From an uncultured Chloroflexia bacterium (GTDB lineage: Bacteria; Chloroflexota; Anaerolineae; Anaerolineales; E44-bin32), in NCBI GenBank assembly GCA_963777165.1, contig CAVZPO010000023.1, positions 558,278-622,277 on the forward strand: a stretch of DNA of 64,000 nucleotides, in the 5' to 3' direction. Under the pieces are notes generated by a model that saw nothing but the letters and a program-made list of their open reading frames with translations, made no database searches and was not told where the DNA came from. The number at the start of each line of letters is the position of its first letter. Position 1 is the stretch's first letter. Positions 56,742 to 64,000 of the stretch are shown one piece after another. A program made the position numbers and the translations under genes.

Positions 56742-57515
56742 TGGCCGTCCGACCCAAAGTCGCGTTCTTTGAATTCACCAGCTGCGAGGGCTGCCAGCTG
56801 ACGGTGGTCGACTCGCTGCAGACACACCCGGAGCTGCTCGAGGCGGTCGAGATCGTGCGCTTCCGCGAGGCGATGAGCGAGAAGGGGGACGACTACCTGC
56901 TGGCCTTCATCGAGGGCTCGTGCACCCGCCCGAGCGATGAGGCCCAGCTCAAGGCCATCCGCGGCAAGGCCGGCGTGGTCGTCGCCCTCGGCGCCTGCGC
57001 CCATCTGGGCGGCGTCAACGCCATCCGCAACCGCCAGGATCTGCCCGACGTCCGGCGCTACGTCTACGGCGACAAGGCCGAGTGGTACGAAACCTACCCC
57101 GCCCGGCCGATCTCGGCCGTGATCCCGGTGGATGCCTTCATCCCCGGCTGCCCGATCGACCGCGTACGAGTTCGTGAGCGTGGTCAAGGCCGTGCTGCAG
57201 GGACGGTCGCCCCAGCTGCCGGACTACCCTCTGTGCGTCGAATGCAAGCTCAAGGAAAACGTCTGCCTGTACCTGCGCGGCAAGACCTGCCTGGGTCCGA
57301 TCACCCGCGCCGGCTGTGACGCCATCTGCCCCACCTACGGCGACTCGTGCGAGGGATGTCGCGGGTTGATCCCCAATCCGAACATCGACTCGCTCAAGAC
57401 CGTCCTGGGCGAGCACGGGCTGAGCGTCGAGCAGACGATGGCCAAGATGACCATGTTCCTGACGTACCAGATGATGGAAAGCGAGGCGGCCGGCCATGGC
57501 AACGGGAAACGTTAG
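56741..57515 (+). pseudogene. hydD: Group 3b [NiFe]-hydrogenase small subunit (HydD), one extra nucleotide at about 57164-57166
   Basis: MAVRPKVAFFEFTSCEGCQL...AFIPGCPIDR in frame 2, then (D/Y)EFVSVVKAVLQGRSPQLPDYPLCVECKLKENVCL...GPITRAGCDAICP...CEGCRG in frame 3. The ATG at 56741 overlaps the hydG stop (TGATG). Confidence 0.8.
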
Positions 57516-58789
57516 GATCGACGTCCATCACATCACCCGCGTCGAAGGCCACGGCAACATCGTCGTCGACGTCAAGAACGGCCAGCTCAAGCAGTGCGAC
57601 CTTGAGATTCCCGAGACGCCGCGCTTCTTCGAGGCCATGCTGCGCGGCCGCCCGTACGCCGAGTCGTCGCACATCACCTCGCGCATCTGCGGGATTTGCG
57701 CCGTCGGACACGCCACCGCCTCGTTGCGCGCCACCGAGAAGGCGCTCGGCGTCGAGCCCAGCGAACAGACGGTGCTGCTGCGCAAGCTCAACTTTCACGG
57801 CGAGATGCTCGACAGCCATATCCTGCACGCCTACATGCTGGTGGCGCCCGACCTGCTTGGCGCCCCGAGCGTCGTCCCACTGGCCAAGGCCGCGCCCGAC
57901 GTCGTCCTGCGTGCCCTGCGCATGAAGAAGCTCGCCGGCGATCTGTGCGCCGCCATCTGCGGGCGCCACACCCACCCGATCGCCATGACCGTCGGCGGTT
58001 TCACCCACTTCCCCTCCCGCCTCGATCTCGAAACGCTGCGCCAGCGACTGATCGATGTCCGCGCGGATGTCGACCTGACGGTCGAGCTGTTCCAGTCCCT
58101 GAAGCTGCCGGCCTTCGAGCGCGACACCGAGTACATCGCCCTGGCGAAGCCCGACGAGTACTGCTACATCGACGGGGTGATCAAGAGCACCGATGGCGGG
58201 ACGTGGCCCATCGAGGACTACCGCCAGGTCACCAACGAGACCCTCGTCCGCCACTCCTCGGCCAAGCGCACGCGCAACCAGCGCGAGTCCTACATGGTCG
58301 GCGCTCTGGCGCGGGTCAACGTCAACTACGACCTGCTGCATCCCAAGGCCAAAGCGGCCGCTGCCGCCCTAGGGCTGAAGCCCAAGTGCACCAATCCTTA
58401 CATGAACACCACGGCCCAGGTGGTTGAGATTGCCCACTGCGTCGAGGACTGCCATCCGGCTGTGCGACGCCCTGCTGGCGCGCGGCATCACCTGGGAAGA
58501 GCCCGTCGCCCCGACCCGCCTGAGCGGTGAGGGCGCCGGAGCATGCGACGTCCCGCGCGGCACACTCTTCCACAACTACGTGATCCAGGACGGTCTGGTG
58601 GTCGGGGCCAACTGCATCATCCCCACCGGTCAGAACTTGAACAACATCGAAGCCGACATGCGCGCCCTCGTGCCGACGATCCTGGAGAAGCGGCCGGAGG
58701 AGATCACGCTCTCCCTCGAGATGCTCGTCCGGGCGTATGACCCGTGCATCTCCTGCTCGGCGCACATGCTCGATGTCGAGTACGTCTGA
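57496..58789 (+). pseudogene. hydA: Group 3b [NiFe]-hydrogenase large subunit (HydA), one extra T at 58450
   Basis: RVEGHGNIVVD and RICGICAVGHATAS (RxCGxCxxxH). After ...AQVVEIAHCVED the protein continues in the +1 frame as AIRLCDALLARG...PRGTLFHNY... to the C-terminal DPCISCSAH. The sequence gag gac T gcc atc cgg has one extra base. Confidence 0.85.
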
Positions 58790-58802
58790 GGCTGGTCTGG
58801 CC

Positions 58803-59348
58803 ATGATTCCATCGCCGTCGACCCGGGCCGAACCTCCCGGGTCGACTGCGCCTACGCTCGTCCTGGCCCTGGGCAACCCGCAGCGGGGCGACGACGGCGC
58901 CGGTCCGGCGGTGCTGGAGCGTCTGGCTTCGCAGCCCATACCCGATGGCGTCGAGCTCCTCGACGGCGGCCTCGCCGGACTGGAGACGGTGCTCCACCTG
59001 CAACACCGACGACGTGCTATCATCCTGGACGCAGCCGATTTCGGCGCCGCCCCGGGCGCCTGGCGGAGGGTCTCGCTCGAGACGCTGAAGCTTGCGCCTC
59101 CCCACGATGCCCCCGGCCTGCACTCCGCCGGACTGCGCGAGGCGCTCCAACTCAGCGAAGCTCTGGGGATCCTGCCGGCCGAGGTCGTCTTGTTCCTCAT
59201 CCAGCCGAGGCAGACCGGTTGGGACGCGGGATTGAGTGAAGACGTCCACGCGTGCCTGGGACCGGTCTGCCAGGCTGTACGATCCGAACTCAGCAGCGGC
59301 GGACCGCCGCCTGAAGACGAGGGAAGCCCACGATGGCGCACATCCTGA
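58803..59348 (+). CDS. Hydrogenase maturation endopeptidase, second copy
   Basis: LVLALGNPQRGDDGAG motif. 181 aa including a Pro/Gly-rich C-terminal tail that overlaps the next gene by 16 nt. Confidence 0.7.
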   Translation: MIPSPSTRAEPPGSTAPTLVLALGNPQRGDDGAGPAVLERLASQPIPDGVELLDGGLAGLETVLHLQHRRRAIILDAADFGAAPGAWRRVSLETLKLAPPHDAPGLHSAGLREALQLSEALGILPAEVVLFLIQPRQTGWDAGLSEDVHACLGPVCQAVRSELSSGGPPPEDEGSPRWRTS

Positions 59349-59728
59349 TCATTGATGACGACCCCGACATGGTCCTGGCGACAAAGTTGTGCCTGGAAAG
59401 CGGTGGCCATACGGTGGACTCAGCCGGCGATCCCGCCGACGGCCTGAAGCAGATCAAGGCCAAGCACCCCGACCTGATTGTCCTGGATGTGATGATGGAC
59501 TCGGCTACGGCCGGATTCCAACTCGCCCTGCGCCTGCGCGGCCCCAGCCCGGACCCGGATCTGGCCCCCTTCTCCAAGATCCCGATCCTGATGTTGACGG
59601 CCATCCACTCGACTACTCCCCTCCGCTTTGGCCCGGACGATGCCTACCTTCCGGTCGACGACTTCATCGACAAGCCGTTCGAGCCCGAGGCCTTTCTCAA
59701 GAAGGTCAACGCGCTGCTCAAATCTTAG
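59333..59728 (+). CDS. Single-domain response regulator (CheY-like receiver)
   Basis: ILIIDDDPDMV, DLIVLDVMMD, and the conserved K in DFIDKPF. 131 aa, no output domain. Confidence 0.85.
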   Translation: MAHILIIDDDPDMVLATKLCLESGGHTVDSAGDPADGLKQIKAKHPDLIVLDVMMDSATAGFQLALRLRGPSPDPDLAPFSKIPILMLTAIHSTTPLRFGPDDAYLPVDDFIDKPFEPEAFLKKVNALLKS

Positions 59729-59779
59729 GAATGCCGGGTCGGCGACGAAGACGCCGGCCCGCAGCGTTGAGGGCCCCGC

Positions 59780-61615
59780 GTGGCGGATTCTCCCGGCGAA
59801 CCCAGCGAGCTCGAGATCCTCCTGCCTCGCGATCTGGCAGCCGCCAGCACGCGGCTGATCCTCACCCGCTGGGCCGCCGGCGCGCTGGTGATCCTGGCTA
59901 CCCTGGCCAGCCAACGCTTACTCGGCGTCGTCCTCCCGGCCATGGGTCTCTACCTCACCGGGCTGGCGATCCTGGTGTACAACTCCCTCCTTTCGGTCCT
60001 GGCGCACCGCGCACCCGCGGCCGATCCCGCCGTCACCCTCGCCCGGCTCCGCCGGCTGGTAGTCCTCCAGGTCGGTCTCGACTGGCTGTGCATGGCGGTC
60101 TTCCTGCACCTCACCGGCGGCATCACCAGCCCGGGGATCGTCTTCCTGCTGATCCACATGCTGATGGTGACCATCCTGCTGCCGGGCGTCTCCTCCTACC
60201 TGTACGTGGCGCTTGGCGTCGGCGGTTTGCTCGTCCTGGCGCTGCTCGAATCCAGCCAGACGCTGCCCCACTTCACTCTGCTGCCTTCGCTGCCTGAGGG
60301 CCTGTACCGCGACCCGCTATTCATCACCTCCGAGATCGTGTTCTTTGCCGCCGCAGCGTTCGCCACCGTCACGCTGGCCTCCGGGATCATGACGCAGCTC
60401 CAGCGACGTGAGCGTCAGATCTCCGCATTGTTCCAGACGACGCGTGCCGTATCCTCGAGCCTCAGCCTTTCGGAAGTCCTCGACCAACTGACGCGTAACG
60501 CCGCCCTGGCTCTCGGGACCACCCATTCCTCCATCCGTCTACTGGACGAGACCGGCGAGAGGCTTCGACTGGTGGCCTCGTACGGCCTGAGCCCGGCCTA
60601 CCAGGAGAAGGGGCCCGTCGAAGTCTCCCAAAACCCCCTGGCGCAGGAGGCGCTGTCCGGCAGGCCGGCGCTTGTCGACGAAACGGCGGACGATGCGCGG
60701 CTGCAGTACGCCCGGCAAGTGCTCGACGAAGGCATCCACAGCCTGGTGGTAGTCCCGATCGTCGGCCGCTCTGGCCCGCTGGGGATCTTGCGCGTCTACG
60801 CCGATCAGCCGCGGCGCTTCACCGACGCCGACGCGCAATTCGTCATGGCGATCGCTCGACAAGGAGCCGTGGCCATCGAGAACGCCATGGCCCATGAAAC
60901 GCTTCAGAGCGCCGAAACCGAACGCGCCCAGTTCGTCCGGACCGTCACGCACGAGCTCCGTTCCCCCGTCGGGGGTGCGCAGAGCCTGCTGCGCGTGCTG
61001 CTCAAACAGATGTCTGGCGAGCTCAATCCCACGCAGCAGGACATCATCCACCGGGTGGAGATCCGGCTTGATTCGCTCATGGCTCTGATCAACGATTTGC
61101 TGGCTCTGGCCGCCACGACCACCCGCGGGTTCCAGGACAAGCCGGAACCGGTGGCGCTTGTCCCGGAGGTCCGGGGGGCAGTCGAGCAGAGGGCGGCGGA
61201 GGCACTGGAGAAGGACATCAACCTGAGCTTCACCCCGCCGCAGGGAAATCCATGGGTCCGGGCAGGGCATGAGGGTCTGGCGCACATCCTTGGCAACTTG
61301 ATCGGCAATGCCGTCAAGTACACGCCGGACGGCGGCCGGGTCACCGTCAGCCTCGAAACGCGGGGCGCCAGTGCCATTATCTCCGTGGCCGACACGGGCA
61401 TCGGGATTCCCGAAGACGAGCTTCCCCGGTTGTGGCAGGAGTTTTTTCGAGCCAGCAACGCCAGGAAGTCCGGCATCGTCGGCACCGGGCTCGGACTGAG
61501 CATCGTTAAGCGACGGGTCGAAGCTTACGGTGGCATGATCAGCGTCCACAGCCGCGTCGGGGAAGGGACAACGTTCAGCGTCGCCCTTCCCTTGATCGCC
61601 GCGCCCGGATCCTGA
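59780..61615 (+). CDS. Membrane-bound GAF-domain sensor histidine kinase
   Basis: GTG start. About 6 N-terminal TM helices and a GAF-like region (LSEVLDQL...VVPIVGRSGPLGILRVY). H-box VTHELRSPV. N/G boxes GNLIGNAVKYTPDGG, DTGIGIPEDE and GTGLGLSIVKR. Confidence 0.85.
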   Translation: MADSPGEPSELEILLPRDLAAASTRLILTRWAAGALVILATLASQRLLGVVLPAMGLYLTGLAILVYNSLLSVLAHRAPAADPAVTLARLRRLVVLQVGLDWLCMAVFLHLTGGITSPGIVFLLIHMLMVTILLPGVSSYLYVALGVGGLLVLALLESSQTLPHFTLLPSLPEGLYRDPLFITSEIVFFAAAAFATVTLASGIMTQLQRRERQISALFQTTRAVSSSLSLSEVLDQLTRNAALALGTTHSSIRLLDETGERLRLVASYGLSPAYQEKGPVEVSQNPLAQEALSGRPALVDETADDARLQYARQVLDEGIHSLVVVPIVGRSGPLGILRVYADQPRRFTDADAQFVMAIARQGAVAIENAMAHETLQSAETERAQFVRTVTHELRSPVGGAQSLLRVLLKQMSGELNPTQQDIIHRVEIRLDSLMALINDLLALAATTTRGFQDKPEPVALVPEVRGAVEQRAAEALEKDINLSFTPPQGNPWVRAGHEGLAHILGNLIGNAVKYTPDGGRVTVSLETRGASAIISVADTGIGIPEDELPRLWQEFFRASNARKSGIVGTGLGLSIVKRRVEAYGGMISVHSRVGEGTTFSVALPLIAAPGS

Positions 61616-61679
61616 CCCCTCGCCTCCTTCCCTCCCAATCACGGCGGCGCCGTTGACTCTCACTCAGGGCGATTGCAGC

Positions 61680-62483
61680 TCATGGGGTCGGGATGGGAGC
61701 GAGCCAGCCGCTCGCTGAGTAGTAGATCAGCGCCATCACCTCGCGCAGCGCCTGCCGGCTGTCGCCCAACGCTCGTTCACTCGGCAGGAGTGGGCTGGTG
61801 GGCGACCGCGAATCGGTGTGTTCCCTGCTCGGAGAGCCAATCGGCACGATGCCAACGGCCGCCAACGCGCCCAGGGCGCGCCGCATGTGCGTCGGGGAGG
61901 TGACGACGATCACACGGCTGACGCCGCGCGCCGCCAGCAGTTCTTCCAAGGCGAGGGCTTCCTCGCGGGTGCTGGATGCCATGGCTTCCTCTACGATCAC
62001 AGCGTCAGGGATTCCATGGGCCACAAGCACACGCCGCATCACCGTGCTTTCCGGCTCCCCTCGCCCGGCCTCGCCTCCCGGGCCCCCTGAAGGAATCACC
62101 AGCAGCGTCGGCAGAATCGCATAGACCCGCGCCGCCTCAAGCGCCCTCAACGCGCTGGCCTCGCTGGGCGCGCTGAAAGCCAGTTCGTCCGCGCGAAATG
62201 TTTCGCTCCCTCCCCCGAGGACAACGATCGCCTCGGCACCTTGAGCGTCGGCCGCTCCCTGCAGGGGCCGGGAGGCTCCGGTCAGGGCACGTTCGAGGGT
62301 GGTGGCAGTCACCGGCAGAGACAGGAGCCAGTAGGCGGTGGCCAGCGCTGCCAGCCAGCCGACGCCCCAGCGGCGGGTTCGCTTCCCGGCCATCAGCAGG
62401 GCCACTCCGACCGTCAAGCCCAGGAGCAGGAACCCGGTCGAGCCGGGCACCAGCATGGACTTCACTACATCGATCACGTCCAC
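61680..62483 (-). CDS. DUF218 / YdcF-ElyC-family protein with N-terminal TM helices
   Basis: AIVVLGGG, LLVIPSGG, RVIVVTSPTHMRRA. 267 aa. Confidence 0.65.
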   Translation of the reverse strand: MDVIDVVKSMLVPGSTGFLLLGLTVGVALLMAGKRTRRWGVGWLAALATAYWLLSLPVTATTLERALTGASRPLQGAADAQGAEAIVVLGGGSETFRADELAFSAPSEASALRALEAARVYAILPTLLVIPSGGPGGEAGRGEPESTVMRRVLVAHGIPDAVIVEEAMASSTREEALALEELLAARGVSRVIVVTSPTHMRRALGALAAVGIVPIGSPSREHTDSRSPTSPLLPSERALGDSRQALREVMALIYYSASGWLAPIPTP

Positions 62484-62579
62484 CCTCTCACTCCATCGGC
62501 GATCGGGAAAGCGAGCCTGCAGTGCGGTGTTGCGCGGGAATGCACCGCCAGGGGACTCCCGCGATGCGAGGCCGAGACT

Positions 62580-63906
62580 TCACGCGTGCTTCTTGAGCAG
62601 CGTGCCGTACAGGCTCAGGATCTGGTCGGCGATCAGCGGCCAGGCGTAGCCTCGGGCGTACTCGGCCGCCTGTCGTCCAAGGCGAGTGCGAAGGACTTCA
62701 TCCTCGACCAACCGCCGCAGCCGGTCGGCCAGCGCTACTGAGTCGCCCGCCGGGACGTGGAAGCCCGTCTCGTTGTCGCGCACCAGGAAGGCCAGGCCGC
62801 CCGTCTCGGAGGCCACCACCGGTCGCCCGCAGGCCATGGCCTCCAGCGCCACGAGCCCGAAGGACTCGTAGTGGGAAGGCACCACCACGGCGATCGCCGC
62901 GGAATAGTAGTACTGGAGCGTGTCCTGATCCTGCTTGCCAACGAACGTCACAATGTCATCGATCCCCAGTGTGGCCCGCATGGACTTCAGCCGACCCATC
63001 TCCTCGGTCATCCGTGCGGGGTCGACATCCGGATCGCCGCCGATCACGGCCACGCACAGCGGGTGTCTGGCCAGTGCGCCCTGCTGCGAGAGAAGCGCCA
63101 TCGCTTCCAGGAGGGTGTCAATGCCCTTGAGGCGTTCGATGCGACCGACGAACAAGATCATGCTCCGGTCGGCCGGGACGCCGACGAACTCCCTGGCCTC
63201 GTCCACCGGGATCGGGTAGAACCGACTGGTGTCCACGCCCGGCGGGATGACAACGACGCGCCGAATGTCGGCGTGGTACAGCCACTGGAACTGCGCCAGC
63301 TCGGCCTGCGTAGAGGCCACGATGGCGTCGGCATCCCGCAACAGCCGGGTCTCCGAGTCAAGGCGAAAGGCCGAACTCGGTCTCCTGCGCACTGCGCGCC
63401 ACGCGATTCTTCATAGCCGCCAGGGTGTGGAACATCTGCACCACCGGAACCCCCCAGCTGGCGCGCAAGTCGAGCGCCGCAAGGCCGGAGAGCCAGTAGT
63501 GGCTGTGGATCAGATCGTAGCGAGTGCCTTTGGTCTCGGCGAAGGCCTCCACACCGGCAACGAACTCGCCCAGGTGATCTGGCAAGACGTCTTTGGGCAG
63601 GGGCGTCTCCGGCCCGGACCGCACGTGGACGATTCGGTTTCCGTACCCCAGGTCGTGCAGAACGTGCGGGACATGATCGTCCTGCGAACGGGTGAAGACG
63701 TCGACGCCTACGCCCCGTCGCCCGAGCTCGCGGGTGAGGTCCCGGACGTAGACGTTCATGCCGCCGGTTTCCTTGCCGCCGAGCGTCGCCAGCGGGCAGG
63801 TATGGTAGGAGATCATCGCCACGCGCACGCCGCGATTATCCTCCGAGTGCCCGGGATTGCCAAGGTGCACCCGCACATCGGACGGGCGCGCCTGAGTCCT
63901 GTTCAT
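62580..63906 (-). pseudogene. GT4-family glycosyltransferase (MshA-like), one extra nucleotide near 63381
   Basis: The N-terminal ORF (RVAMISYHTCPLATLGGKETGGMNVYV...HTLAAMKNRVARSAQE) and the C-terminal ORF (PSSAFRLDSETRLLRDADAIVAST...PSHYESFGLVALEAMACGRPVVASETGG) are in frames offset by one. Deleting one A restores ...AQEPSSAF.... Confidence 0.8.
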
Positions 63907-63922
63907 CCCTCGCGGCGGCTGG

Positions 63923-63928
63923 TATAAT
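63923..63928 (+). promoter_or_regulatory. Candidate -10 box (TATAAT) for tRNA-Thr
   Basis: Exact TATAAT 11 nt upstream of the tRNA 5' end. No clear -35. Confidence 0.4.
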
Positions 63929-63938
63929 CCCGCCCGTT

Positions 63939-64000
63939 GCCACCATAGCTCAGCTGGCAGAGCGGGCGTTTCGTAAACGTCAGGTCGTGGGTTCGAATCC
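63939..64000 (+). tRNA. tRNA-Thr (anticodon CGU), 3' end cut by the window edge
   Basis: Acceptor GCCACCA, D-arm GCTC/GAGC, anticodon stem GGCGT/ACGTC, loop TTCGTAA, variable AGGTC, T-arm GTGGG-TTCGAAT-CC... (truncated). Confidence 0.8.

Overview
GC-rich (roughly two-thirds G+C by eye, not computed), gene-dense bacterial chromosomal segment. I found no rRNA, CRISPR array, transposase, integrase or prophage genes. All functional calls come from reading motifs in the supplied translations, with no database search. The ORF track prints GTG starts as M (for example at 37623, 38961 and 49333).

Content in order:
1. nt 1-4788: an Mvh-type (group 3c) cytoplasmic [NiFe]-hydrogenase module, hdrA-mvhD-mvhG-mvhA-protease, plus a translationally coupled cNMP-binding protein.
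2. nt 5487-12821: a Na+-translocating methylmalonyl-CoA-decarboxylase-type operon (carboxyltransferase, small anchor, biotin carrier, membrane beta subunit), then MaoC, ATP-dependent PEP carboxykinase and an aspartate-type aminotransferase.
3. nt 13892-29583, minus strand: the most unusual element. It is a tightly packed run of 13 genes (about 16 kb) with no predicted membrane subunit. It encodes two HdrC/HdrB pairs, a QmoA/QmoB-like HdrA pair, a 974-aa HdrA::GltD/NfnB-like fusion (HdrL-type), a further HdrA, MvhD, two HydB/AsrA/Flx-like Fe-S proteins, and an anchor-less fumarate-reductase-like flavoprotein plus Fe-S subunit.
4. nt 30188-54458: accessory and housekeeping genes. These include a BNR propeller with a MoaD/ThiS-like GG protein, YciI proteins, CBS, two-component systems, GT39/GT-C membrane proteins, DegV, a LysM-YkuD transpeptidase, MFS transporters, acyl-CoA dehydrogenase, a Ser/Thr kinase, tRNA-Arg(UCG), MntH, Usp, and HAD-IIA with a G1PDH-like gene.
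5. nt 54828-59348: a second hydrogenase, group 3b (hydBGDA plus protease), followed by a receiver/GAF-histidine-kinase pair, a DUF218 protein, a GT4 glycosyltransferase and a truncated tRNA-Thr(CGU).

Technical and biological caveat: at least 12 single-nucleotide reading-frame breaks interrupt otherwise well-conserved genes. One is at nt ~80 and the rest all lie between 32 and 64 kb. The 30 kb of redox operons in between is intact. Taxonomy cannot be established from the sequence alone; the gene content suggests an anaerobe.
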